DNA of 57,362 nucleotides from Girardia tigrina (taxonomy: Eukaryota). The stretch covers positions 1-57,362 of the forward strand of contig MQRK01230384.1 of the NCBI GenBank assembly GCA_001938485.1. Reading direction: 5' to 3'. The notes under the pieces were generated by a model. The model was given only the letters and a program-made list of their open reading frames with translations. It searched no databases and was not told the DNA's origin. Shown here in pieces: positions 1 to 12,617 of this stretch. Both the position numbers and the translations under genes were made by a program. Each line of letters begins with the position of its first letter. Position 1 is the stretch's first letter.

Positions 1-605
1 ATATATATATATATATTTGATCAATTTAATGGTAGCTTGTAATAAGTTAGTGGCAAGTATTATTTTTAAAAACATTAAAAATAATTAAAAAATGAAATAT
101 TCATTAAATTATCAGTATATTAATTAAATGCATTCTTTTTATCAAAGAAAAAAAATCATTTCATTCAAAAAATTTTATCTATTAATTTGAAGCAAAAATT
201 AATTTTATTACATGGAAATAAAAAAGAATTACATTTTTATTTAACAAAACAAATGATGTTTATCACAAACATATTGTTCAAATTAGAGCTTAAAATGAAA
301 AATCTAAACAGTTTAGGAAGAATTATTTTAATTCAGTCTTTTTTCGTAAGCCTTAAACAACAGTTAAAAAATAACGACCGCATGTTGACTGATTTTATCA
401 TTCCTTAAAAAAATAATTTTAAAATAATTATTTTGTATTTCTTTAAACCACAGGGCAAAAAATAATTTTATTATATTTCTAAAAAATATTTAATTAATAA
501 TAATTAATTTCATTTCATTTTAATTGTAAAGGAATGTTAATTATTCAATAATTATAATCCTAATTAATAATTCATCTTTAATAATTATTATTGCTTAATA
601 TAAAC

Positions 606-1222
606 TATGAGCGATTCATTTAAATTTTCATCTCGCCAGAATAATTTATTATTTTATAATTTAAAAGGTAAAATATTTTAATGTTAATATGCTTATTTAA
701 TATTTTAAAATTAAAAATGATAAAATAAAACATATATTAAAAAATCGAATACGTATTTAAAAATAAAATGTTTTAAATGTGTTTTTTAAATATTTTAAAA
801 AATTAAAAATCATATAATAAAAGAAAATCATAAAAAAATTAAATATCTAAATAAAAGTAAAAATATCTTTTTATTGTATCTATTAAATATCTTAAAATTA
901 AAAGGATAAGAAAACCATTAAATATTAAATAGTTATTTATAAATTAAAATATTTTTACAGTCATAGCAATTTATATATTTTAATATAAGTTAAGAAACAA
1001 TTTTAAATAAATTTTAAAATAAATTTTTAGTTTTAATGTGAAATGTATTTTTTAAATGTGCAAGATTTTAAAAATTGAATCGAAAAGAATTTAATAGATT
1101 AATTTGTGGCGGATAATTAAATTAACAGAAAAAAATGTTTAAATATGTGAATTGTTGTTATATAAATAAATTTTGGTGTTAAAAAATGAATTCAGATATT
1201 GATGTTACAACTACTTCTCACA
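606..1222 (+). repeat. 5' LTR of gypsy element 1
   Basis: Direct repeat of 5199-5720; followed by TGG PBS-like sequence. Confidence 0.95.
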
Positions 1223-1239
1223 TGGAGACTAACACTGCA

Positions 1240-4200
1240 ATGGATATCTTCACGGGTCAACTGTTACCTGAAAAGTACAGAAAAGGCGATAATGTGGAGA
1301 TATTTATTGAAGAATGTGAAATATTCTTTACTTTTGCAGGAATAGCGAAGGCCAAACAATAGACAATAGACATTTGTTTGTTGGAGAGAGAGCAGAAAGA
1401 TCGATACAAAGCGGCAGATAAGACAATAGTAGGTTTTAAACACCGATTGAGAAAGGCATTCTCTTGAATTTCCTCACTATTCGAAGACCTGACTGAGGCA
1501 TGCCGGTACAGGATGAAGGAAGATATACCGGAAGTATTTTTAGAAAGTAGAAAAGCCATGAAAGCTGTCAAATGTAGAAATTGTGAAAAAGCTGGTCACA
1601 CATGTGAAACGTGACAAAGAAAACCAATCAAGTGTTTCGGATGTGGAAAAGGACACATGATAAGAAACTGTTCGGAAAGTAGACCAATAAAATTTTATGG
1701 GTGTGGACAACAGGGACACGTAAGAAGAAACTGTCCAAATATCGAATGCAAAAGATGTCAAGATAAAGGTAACAGGGAAAGTGAATGTTATGCAAACTTA
1801 AATGGCAGAAGAAGACAGCAAAATACAGGTGACAATAACTATCGCGGATCCGGATACTATCAACAAAGATATAGAGATAGAGAAGATAGAAGATGAGGAG
1901 ATAATTGAAGATTCGAGAATAACATTGAAGAAGAATATGAAGAATCATTTACTGGAAGTGAACACCCAAAAAGCAACGCCTCGACAGAAGTGGAGCCAGT
2001 CAGGGCAATAAATTGAAAGATAACAGCGACTCCCAAAGTATTGGTATTTATAATAGAAGTAATATATCAAATATTATAGACGTAGTGATAGACGATGAAA
2101 GCAATGTTGAGATAAGTGAAGCAAGAGTAAATGATAAAGTACGGAAATTTATAAAGAAAGAAACTTTTGAGAACAAGCTTGGACGAAGTTAGTGAGAACA
2201 ATTGAAGAAAAGAACACAGAAGAAAATGTCAGGATGTTGTCAATAGATGAATGGAAAGCAGAAAATATATTGTATGATAGAATGCAAGGCCGGCCGAGTA
2301 TAAAGTTGATGATACAAGGTAACGTGGAGGATTGTTTATAGGGTACAAGTGCATTAGTAAATGTAATCCACAGAAAGATTTTTGAGAAACTAATGAACGT
2401 AAAATCAGAAAAGGCAGATATTAAATTAAAATGTGCGAACAGTAGTCAACTAGATTGTATGGGTAAAATTTCAGTGGACATAGAAATTAAAGAAAAACGA
2501 AGAAATATAATGTTCATTGTAGTAAATGACGTAAAACCAGACATACTAGGAGGCATAGAACTGCAGATAGCATTTGAAATCGAGTTACATTGGAAAAAGA
2601 AAGAAAATGATGTGAACGAACAATGTTATCAATTATGTAACTTAGAAGCCAAATTTGGACGTAAGGTTACAAACGAGGAAAGATTCAAAAGAGCCATGGA
2701 AATTATGAAAATTGCAGATAAATCAAAGATTGTGGATATTGTTAAAAAACATCAAGGAGTTTTTATGGTGGATAAATGGGATATCGGATGTACGACGATG
2801 ATTAAACATAGAATAGACACGAAAGGACCTTCAATTAACCTAAGACCACATAGGCAACCAGTTAATCTGGAAGAAAAGATCGATGAGACTATTAAGATTT
2901 TGTGGGAAAACCACATTATTAAGAAATGTAATTAACCATGGAATACACCGATGATTTGTGTATGGAAGAAAGAAAAGAATGAGGTTAGAATTTGCTTGGA
3001 TTTTAGACAGCTAAACCTAGTCACGGAGAGACAGGCATTTCCTATGCCAAGCATGATAGAAATGATGGACAAATTGTATGGAACCAGATAATTCACATCA
3101 AACGATTTATGTAATGCATACTACCAGGTCAAACTAAAAGAAGATTCAAAGCTAAAAACAGAATTTCCCACAAAGCTAGGATAATTTTGTTTCAATAGAA
3201 TGCCTTTCGGTATAGCAGCGGCACCGGGAATGTTTCAGGAACCTATGACAAAGGTGGTCGGAGGCATAGAACAGACAGTGGTATATTTAGATGACATTCT
3301 TATATTTTCAAAATCGTTGGAACAACATTACGAAACTTTGGATAAAGTATAGGACCAAATCAGGAAAGCAGGTTAAATAATTAATCTGGAAAAGTACCAT
3401 ATCTTAAAAACGGAAGTTAAATTTTTGGGACATGTAATTAATGATAAAGGTATACAGACGGACCCATCTAAATTAGAAGCCACAAAGACATTTGAAAAAC
3501 CGAAATGTGTAAAGAATCTAAGAAGTTTTCTTGGAATTTGCAATTATTACAGACGATTTATTAAGGACTATGCTACAAAGGCCAATACATTGGAACAACT
3601 GTGTGGATTGAACAAGAAGAAATTGTTATGGACAGACGCATGTGATGAAGCATTTGCAGAGATGAAAGAGGCTTTAACAACATCACCGATTCTAGGATTC
3701 CCAGACTTCCAGAAAGAATTTATACTGGACACTGATGCCAGTTTCGACACGATTGGAGCAGTATTATCCTAAAGACACAAGAACGGACGTGAGACAGTTA
3801 TTGCATATGGTTCACACTCCATGAATACTCATGAAAAAGGAAATTACTAGGAAAGAGCTGTTGGCAATGTATTACTTTTGTCAGCATTTTAGTCATTATT
3901 TATACGGGAAGCGATTCACTTTGAGAACTGATCATAAGGTAATTACTTTTATGGTTAAAACAAAAAAAAACGATAACGGCGCAATTTCAGACATGGATAA
4001 ATTATTTATCAAGCCTGGACACACACTTAGAATACAGAAAAGGAATAGACCATTCCAACGCGGATATGTTGTCTCGGAATACATGTGATACATGTACGCA
4101 ATTCTTGATGGCTCATGAAGATAAAGACTCGAAGAATCAACGTACTGGACATATCTCAGATATTCAAATATCAACAAGAAGAAATAGAAGAAATTAAAAG

Positions 4201-5190
4201 AGACCCAATTTCAGGTAAAGACAGAATACTTACAATTGAAGACGACATAATAAGAACAAATATGGGGAAGATTTGGATACCAAAGTCAAAAATAAAAGAA
4301 ATGATCATACAAATACTTACGCTTTTCTGGCACGCGGGCGAAGAGAAAGTAATGAAATACATCTCAGAAAATTATGTCATGATCAATCGGAATGAAAAGA
4401 AGTAATTGGACAATGGGAAGCATACCAAAAAGTAAAACATTAACGTCCGCTACGAAGGAAAAAACGGGTGACACTGGTCACAAATGAACCATTTGAGAAA
4501 GTCTACATAAACATATGCGGACCACTAAAAGAGACTTGGAGAAGGAAAAAGTATGCTGTTGCAATCATAGATCTGTTTAGTAGGTACATATCTTTGACAG
4601 CCATTACCAAGCAGGATTAAATAACCATTAAAGACACGATAATGACTTAATGGATCTTGAGATTTGGAGCACCGAAGGAAATACATACACATTGTGGCAA
4701 GACATTCGAATTGAAGGTAATAGAAGACATGGCTGAAAGCATGAGCATCAAAATGTGTTACTCAAGCCCTTACTATCATAACACGAATGGAATAGTAGGC
4801 AGACAATTTCGGACAATTAGAGAATATTTGAACGCATTGTTACAATCAAAGAAAGTATCAAACTAGGAGGAACTACTACCGGAAATAGAATTCACATTAA
4901 ATGCAACTTTTCAGACATCAATAGGGAAGAGCCCAGCGGAAATTTTATTCGGTAAGAAAATATACAGAGAAAGATGGCATACAACAAGAAAAAGAAAACA
5001 CAACAACCAGAAGAAATTTCGAAATTGTAGATGAAGTACTAGTCAAGGTGGAAACGGGTATAAAGAGTAAAGATAAATATGAAGGGCCGTATAAAGTGAT
5101 AGAGAAAACATATGACAGAATATATAAACTAATAAATGAAGATGGAAGAATTTTAGATCGAAATGTGGAAAAATTGAGAAAATTCTATAA
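1240..5190 (+). pseudogene. Disrupted gag-pol of gypsy element 1
   Basis: ATG at 1240. ORF pieces 1657-1896 (zinc knuckles), 2393-2935 (PR/RT), 3425-3772 (RT/RH), 4115-4405 and 4657-4866 (IN), separated by stops and frameshifts. Protease DTG site is degraded. Confidence 0.95.
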
Positions 5191-5198
5191 AAGGAGGA

Positions 5199-5720
5199 TA
5201 TGAGGGGTTAATTTAAATTTTCATCTCGCCAGAATAATTTATTATTTTTTTAATTTAAAAGGTAAAATATTTTAATTTTAATATGCTTATTTAATATTTT
5301 ATAATTAAAAATAATATAATAAAAGAAAATCATAAAAAAATAAATATCTAATTAAAAATAAAAAATATCTTTTTAATGTATCTATTAAATATCTTAAAAT
5401 TAAAAATGATAAGAAAACCATTAAATATTTATTTATAAATAAAAATATTTTTACAGTCATAACAATTTATATATTTTAATAGAAGTTATGAAACAAATTT
5501 AAATAAATTTTAAAATAAATTTTTTAGTTTTAATGTGAAATGTATTTAATAAATTTGCAAGATTTTAAAAATTGAATCGAAAAGAATTTAATAGATTAAT
5601 TTGTGTTAGATAATTAAATTAACAGAAAAAATTATTTAAATATGTAAATTGTTGTTATATTAATAAATTTTGGTGTTAAAAAAATGAATTCAGATATTGA
5701 TGTTGCAATCACTTCTCACA
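5199..5720 (+). repeat. 3' LTR of gypsy element 1 (about 95 bp shorter than the 5' LTR)
   Basis: Preceded by PPT; matches 606-1222 apart from one internal indel. Confidence 0.95.
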
Positions 5721-6179
5721 TAACCAAATAATATTTATGAAATAAAAATAAATATATTTTTAAATTTTTTATAAGTAATTAAAATTAATTTATTTTATTT
5801 TTTAACAAAATTTTTTTAATTTATATAAAAAATTCATCTTAAAAATTTAAAATGAGTCTCAATTTTTTATTTTATTTCATAGAATATTAATTTTATTGAT
5901 TTAAACAATTTCATGCATAACTTAATGAAAACAATTTTTAAATTCTGTTCCTATTATTATTTTTGATATAACTTTAAACTTTTCTTAAAAATGATAAAAA
6001 TAATTCATGAAATAAAATAATTATTATAAAAAGGAAACTTAATGAAAAAATTATAACTTTTTTTCATATTTGTTTTTAATTTTTAAAATATTTTATTTAG
6101 ACAAAATATATATTGAATTAAAATAGTTGAATATGATTTTTTTTTAATTTTTTAAATATTATTATCTACTTATTATCTA

Positions 6180-8280
6180 AGCCTTTATTTTAACTAGTTT
6201 TTGACACAACTCCTTCAAAAAATGAAAGCTAATAAAAATAAACATATTTCCCCAGATAAATTATTTAATTCGAAAGAATGATTATTAAAAAATAAATTAA
6301 TGATTTTAAGAGCAATAAAATTCTCTAAAATTCAATATAATAAATGAAGCAAAAACTCTCTTTCTAGATATCCGATTTGATAAAATAATTTTTACAATAA
6401 ATGTCCTTGACATATGGTGGTTTACTGAAATCTCGTTAAAATTATTTTATTTTTTTAAAATTTATTTTAATTAGTTAAGAATACATTTCCATAAACATTT
6501 GCTAATTTCTTAGGTTAAAATAATTATTCTATTAAGAAATATTTTTTAGACAAATAATATTATTAATGAATAATAAGAATTTAAATAATAGTAATTATAA
6601 TTATTATTATACTTCTAAATATAATAAAATAATAATAATAATAAAATTTAAAATAATATGACGTCGAAAACGTTTCATTTGAATTTTATTTTCTAAATGT
6701 TTTAATTAATTAAAAGTAATTTGTTTAATTAATCTCTGTTCGTTTTTATTTGATCATTACTAGTTTTACTTCACAATAAAATTAAATGCCTCACTATAAT
6801 TAATTTTAATGCTAGATTCACTTTTATATTATTAATTATTTTTCCAGTTCTCGTTAAACTTGAATTAGAATATTTTAAATGTAAACAAAGCTTTTTTTAA
6901 TTGGAATTAAATAAAAAGATCTCTTTTTTTAAGATTATTTAAACGTTTTCTTAAGAAAATAAAATATACAGTTAAACGATTATTCTACAAAGTCTAAACA
7001 AACTTTTTTATCAGAAGGAAGGAAAACGAAATGTACAAAAAAAAACAAAATAGAACATTTTTGCAGAATTAAATAAAAAATTTATTTAACAAATAACTAA
7101 TTGTTTCAGAAAGGCCATTGGGAATGCCTTGCAATCCAACCTCGATCCAACTGTTTTATTAAAACCAGTGTTTCCATGTTCCCTTAGTCAGTTTAATAAT
7201 ATTTTAAATGATAAAAACAATAAAATTTTAAACAAACTGTAACAGACGAAAGTAGGAATGAATAAATCATTAATAATTGTTCTCTAAAATATTTTATTTC
7301 ATATTTCCTGTTGAAACAAATTCCGTCTTTCTGTTAATGAAATTGGAACTCCGAAGGGCTAAACTCATATTTACAACTGTACTAAGTGATAACAAAAAGT
7401 AACACGAACGGTAACTTCAAAGATATCAAAATTAAAATGTTTCTAAATTTTATTTTTGAAACTACAACGAATTTTGATCCACGCACTTCCAAGACGTTTG
7501 TTTTTAAGATAAGTTCCACATTCTTTTTCCAAATAAACTGCAAGATCGGTACTGTCTCTTTATTCATACTTTTGCGAATTTAAGCGATGTCCTGGTGGAG
7601 TCAATGAGGGAGACCATTTGGTTATTAATTTATCTGTATATTTTTTTTATTTACCATGAGGTTTCTAAACTAAAGAAAACAAATTCACAGGGCATTTTAG
7701 CAAAATCAGCTATGCTTGAAGTGGTTATTTCAGTTGTAGATTTTGGTACGAGAGTGTTGTATGTTTCCTGCTACTGATTCAATATTTGGTGATTGTTGTC
7801 ATCACTCGAAATAAAAAAATTAATAATATGTTTATTACCTAGATTGATAAAGTATTATTATTCTCATATTTTGCTTAGTGGTCTTGTCCTAGTAGTTATG
7901 AAATGCAACTCGTTTATTCATTTATAGATTTTTTACACAAATTCCAAATATTCAATCCATTTCTTTATATCAATGCCTTATTCGTCAAAGTAAAAATTTC
8001 TACAAGTTTGAATATTTGTGACTCGAAAACTAATTTAAATTCTATAATTTGAATACAGTCTTAAAAATAGAGAAAGATAAGAATGATATTATTATTAATA
8101 TTTTAAAAGTTCTAAACAACAATATAAATATTTAACTTACTCAATGCCGTTGTCAAACAAGGCAAAATCTGAAGAAGTTTAAAAAAGGATTCTATATTCA
8201 GAATTATGGTCAATTAATTATAAATTTATAATGGGTCATTTCTTCAAAAAACCTGTGTTTAGGCCGAAACACTTTCCTTG
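6180..8280 (-). pseudogene. Decayed multi-exon protein-coding gene of unidentified family
   Basis: Protein-like minus-strand frames with stops (HNSEYRILFKLLQILPCLTTAL; DLAVYLEKECGTYLKNKRLGSAWIKIRC; FDIFEVTVRVTFCYHLV; PFGVPISLTERRNLFQQ; WIEVGLQGIPNGLSE) separated by short AT-rich GT..AG intron-like gaps (e.g. about 8081-8140). Confidence 0.5.
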
Positions 8281-8558
8281 TTAAATTTTTACTACCAAAT
8301 TATTTTTTTTAGTTTTTAATGTATATATCCATGAAATTTTATTAATTATTTAATACAATTATAAATCTGGATTAAGTTAAGGACAGAAAAGTTATTCTGG
8401 TATTTTTTATTACAGGTGTATATACCACATAATAAACTAATATATTTATATTTATTTGATTATTTTCTTTTTTCTTTCTCTCTTCATGTACCCACTGGAA
8501 GACCTATTATTAGATGGCTGCTTCAGTAGAAAGAAAATTTTTAAGAGAGAATAAATAA

Positions 8559-8605
<47 letters not shown>

Positions 8606-8639
8606 GAAAAGAAAGGCCTTTTTTTGAATATTAAATTTA

Positions 8640-9170
8640 TTCCCAATACAAACGTGTTTCACCATTTCGGCATCTTCAGTGTAATGAAATAAAGTGATTA
8701 ATTACTATTTATATAGTCGAAAAACTATTACATCATACGTCTCAAAAACATGCTTTTTTTTCTTTTAAAAAAAAGTATTTTAATGATATTTTAAAAAACT
8801 TTAATATGATTAGATGAATCACCTTGCACGTTTAAGCATGGTTTATGATGCTTTATTAACAATGCTTCGGCAATAATCTTTTCATAATTTGTGTCAAAAT
8901 TATTTAAAATCACTTTAAAATCATTATTGTAATCCATAAGATTACCTTTACATTTTTTAATATGGCTCAATATCGAACTATTTCTACTCGATTGAGTATG
9001 TTCAGCAATTCTAGTGCGGAGATGACGACTTGTCTCTCCAATGTATAAGTGATTGGAGACATTTGAATTGATAAACTAGATTTGCCTTAATACACAAAGG
9101 AGTTTTCAATTTGTTGGAGAAATAGTTCCGGCATTTATTAGTTAAAAAAATTACTCTCAATTTTATAATA
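8640..9170 (-). mobile_element. 5'-truncated Penelope-like retroelement: GIY-YIG endonuclease tail plus 3' region
   Basis: Manual translation: NYFSNKLKTPLCIKANLVYQFKC/(frameshift)NHLYIGETSRHLRTRIAEH...EALLIKHHKPCLNVQGDSSNHIKVF*, with the stop at 8791-8793. A hammerhead motif lies about 110 bp downstream. Confidence 0.9.
8646..8685 (-). ncRNA. Minimal type I hammerhead ribozyme motif
   Basis: Minus strand reads UACA-CUGAAGA-U-GCC-GAAAU-GGU-GAAA-CAC-GUU-UGUA: both catalytic boxes, stem II, NUH triplet and a 4-bp stem I. Confidence 0.8.
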
Positions 9171-10108
9171 TTGATTACTCTCAATTAGAATTATATAATA
9201 TTTTTCATTAAAATTACGTTTTGCAATTTATGACTTTGTTAACATAGAGTTACTAAAACTCTTGGAAGATGAAAATTTCAAAAAAGAGATAAAACTTAGT
9301 CAAGTCTAATTTAAATTTATTTTCTCAAAGAAGAATGTATGCCGAAAAATATTTAAGTATTTCAATAAATATAATTAAAATATTAAATAAATCAAACAAT
9401 ATTTATGATCAATAAATTCAAAAATAATATATTCTAAAATAAATAATTAAAGAATGAAACCTTAAAGTAATGTTAATTATTATTTATAAAAATAAATTTT
9501 GATTTTTATTTTGGCATTAAAACGACTTAAAAATATATACATTTTTATAAATAATAAAATCAAAAATTTCAAAATAAAGCAAAACATTTTCAAAATGAAA
9601 ATAATTTCAAATAATAATTAATTATTATTAATACAAAATTAAATCAAATAAAACATTTTTGTCCAGACAAATTTTGAAAAAAATTTCAAGATTAATGATA
9701 AATATTATAAATCGTTTTAAATAATTGTTTGACAATTAGATTTATTTTAAAATTATAATATTAGAAATTATTCCGTATGAAAATTCTTCGTTTTATCTTT
9801 ATTAAAATCTGACATTAGAAAAACAAATTACCAAAAATAAAATTAGGAATTCGTTTATTAAATCGAAATTATATAAAATTTTGATATTATCATTATACTT
9901 GATGAATTTTTATTTTTCCTGAAAAAAGTATTTGTTTTTTGTTTGATAATGAAGATCATGTTGAATGGATTGCAAATAATAAAAAATATATTAATACTCT
10001 ATGTTATGAAGCTGAAATAGGTAGAGAAAAAAGAATGTAAACAGAATATTTAATATAATAATATTAAATTAATATAATTATTAAAAATTGAATATTTATT
10101 ATAATGTT

Positions 10109-10475
10109 TGTGAGGAATAATTTGAATGTTTGATATTTTTTGTTTGAATTTTTATGTTGATTTGGAATTTGAATTCTTATTATCTGAAAATATGTATTGT
10201 TTAAATTCATTTTTATTTAAATTTATTGAAATATTTTAAATAACTTTATTATTTTTATTTACAGTTTTTAAATAAATAATTAAATTAATATTTTTTAATA
10301 AATAATAATCATTTTAATTTTTAACTAATAAATATTTTAACAATTTATTTAATTCCCCATTTGCTCAGATAATAAGAATCAAGTCAATAATTAATAGACC
10401 GATGCAATCTTACGAAAGTTTTGACAAAGATTGTCCTGAGGTCATTAAAAGTCATTTTGGTGTTCTTAATAATGT
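10109..10475 (+). repeat. Solo/partial gypsy LTR
   Basis: Starts TGTGAGGAATAA like the PPT-anchored LTR at 51113; 3' part matches 15505-15685. Confidence 0.7.
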
Positions 10476-12391
10476 TAATGAAACTAGAATTAAAAATTAA
10501 TTGATAAAAAATTATTTAGACTAAAATCATCATTTGATATAAAAATTATATTTATTAAAAAATATTTTTTACGGTGTGTAATTGTAGAGAATTCAGCACT
10601 GTTTGTCCAACTAAAAAATTGAACAATAAAATTTATTTTGAAAATTAATTAATGAAAAAACTTGTTTAAATAAATGAATTTGTGTGATGATAAATTAACG
10701 AAATGAACGTTACATTTATTTCCATTAAATTTTTATACGAATTTAATAATAATAAAAAAATATAATAAAATTGTTCGACGATAACGATTGTTATAATTTC
10801 GACAGTCAAATATTTTTCAATATTCATTTCACGACGGTTTCACACAATTTATTTGAATTATTAATGAATCATTTGAGTCCTGAATTCAATTTCTGTTTAG
10901 TCTCCGTTTTGTGTTCGAATTTCTCTCAGCATCACGAGTAGTCTCTCGGTTCGATCCCGCTCTAGACCACTTAATTATCATGATCCTTTCTGGTCAAAGA
11001 TCCCGCTCAGTCGTCGGACTGTTCTCTGAAAGTCATCTAATTTTCCCAATCACACCTTGGCAGTATGGCACGCTTGTCCACTCGTCGTTTCCGACAGGTT
11101 TCGGAAAGTGTGCTAACTCGAAAAATTAAAATAAAATGATATGACCAAGTGTCGGCCGAAATCTTAAACGAGAAAGACTTTTGAGTCGGTGATAAAGTGC
11201 CTTTTATTTCCAGAAGGAATAAAAAACATCTTCGTTTTATAACATTTTTTATTTTAAATTAACACTTTTATTGTATCTTTTTTTTGCGTTTTAACAAGCG
11301 TTTTTATATTCGCAAATTTCAATAATCACAATGATCACACAATTTTTTTAAAGTTTTTTCATTTCTGTTTCAATTATTGGAGCATCACACTCATTTGGAG
11401 TAATCGAAAGACATTTTAATGAAATTAATCGCGTAATTTGATGTGCTAAATCGATTGAGAACGTTTTCAAAATGGTAAAAATATTTTCTCACAGATTTTC
11501 TTTGGTAATGAGTAAAATATGCCATTCAGAACTATTTCTAATATCACAACAGATAATGATGATTTGTTAGAAAAATCGAGAGCGAGAGCGAGCAGAGCGA
11601 TATCGTGGCTGCGGCACTCTGGTGATGGGTGGCAGTTTTTTGGTTGTAGGGATGAAAAATAATTTATCATACCCGGACCTTGCCAACTTTGGGGATGTTG
11701 GAGCGCCTTTTCGGGATTGGTTTTCATCATTATCTTATACTTGCCTTCGATTTCGATAATCGGTTTGAGAATTTTTCCTTCTCTCTCTATTTTCGCCGCA
11801 GATATCGAATAGTCAGTTCATTTTTTATCGATAACCAATTCTTTGGTAACTAAAACCACCGTTGAAACTCCAATAGGTTTTGGAACCACTTGAAAGCATT
11901 TACTACTATCAACATTGGAGGATCCATATATTTCACCATGAAGTCGACTGAATTCAGTAGTAACATTTGTTGGTTTTCTGATTTCAGTTTGTAAAGAACC
12001 TTACTCTGATAAGAAGCACCGACATCGGAAAGAAACGTTTTCTTACAGCACAACCGACACATTAACACCGACGCTCGATCAACAAGAATCACTCAATTCG
12101 GTCGAGAAACACGAGATCGCCATGCACTAATCGGGCCCTTGAATAGTCCATGAGAACGATCGATCACATCATCCAACAACTCAGTGTGATATTGGCAACA
12201 GTAGCGATCCTTGTCCCGTTTCTCACAATAGATTAACTAACACACAACTGACACTTCCATTCTCTTCTGTCAGTCGACGATTTCCTTCGATCGATTCTCG
12301 GTCGCAATTTGCGAGTGCATCGACAATTTTCATTGATCGGACAATTGTCGTAGGAACACGAACAATAATTCTCGGCGACTTTCCCGTTGTG

Positions 12392-12617
12392 GAGTCTAAA
12401 TTCCATCGTAATCGCGAGTAATTCAATTGTTTCATTAACGGAAGATTTTTTCTAATTTAATTTGATTTGTGTAGATATTCGAGTAAATATTTGAAAATAT
12501 TCGGCTTCATTTCTTGTAACACTAACGGACTTGCGGAGTCTTTGCAACTCATTTGATCGACCATCATCGATTTGAATATTTCAAGCACGCAATTAAAATG
12601 AATTTGTGACCATAAAA
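12392..12617 (-). pseudogene. Frameshifted BTB/POZ-domain fragment (resembles BTBD19-type proteins)
   Basis: Joined frames: FYGHKFILIA/EIFKSMM...SPLVLQEMKPNIFKYLLEYLH/TNQIKLEK/SSVNETIELLAITMEFRL, matching the BTB consensus (HK.IL...F..M...PLVL..P..F..LLEYL). Confidence 0.75.

Larger units (their letters stand above)
606..5720 (+). mobile_element. Full-length, decayed Ty3/gypsy LTR retrotransposon (gag-PR-RT-RNaseH-IN)
   Basis: Two direct LTRs (606-1222, 5199-5720), both TATGAG...CTCACA. PBS-like TGGAG at 1223, PPT AAAAGGAGGA before 5199, near-TSD TAAAC/TAACC. Domain motifs: CCHC knuckles, RT (YLDD), RNaseH (FILDTDASFDTIGAVLS, RTDH), integrase (SSPYYHNTNGIV). Confidence 0.97.

Noticed and set aside
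187-408. Short AT-rich ORFs (also 25989-26252, 28035-28314, 31549-31755, 40144-40368, 51130-51321)
   Set aside because: Low-complexity I/L/K/F/N composition expected by chance; some lie inside LTRs.
1257-1948. Minus-strand ORFs over gag (and similar shadow ORFs over the mariners and other pol regions)
   Set aside because: Antisense or off-frame shadows of transposon coding sequence with no independent motifs.
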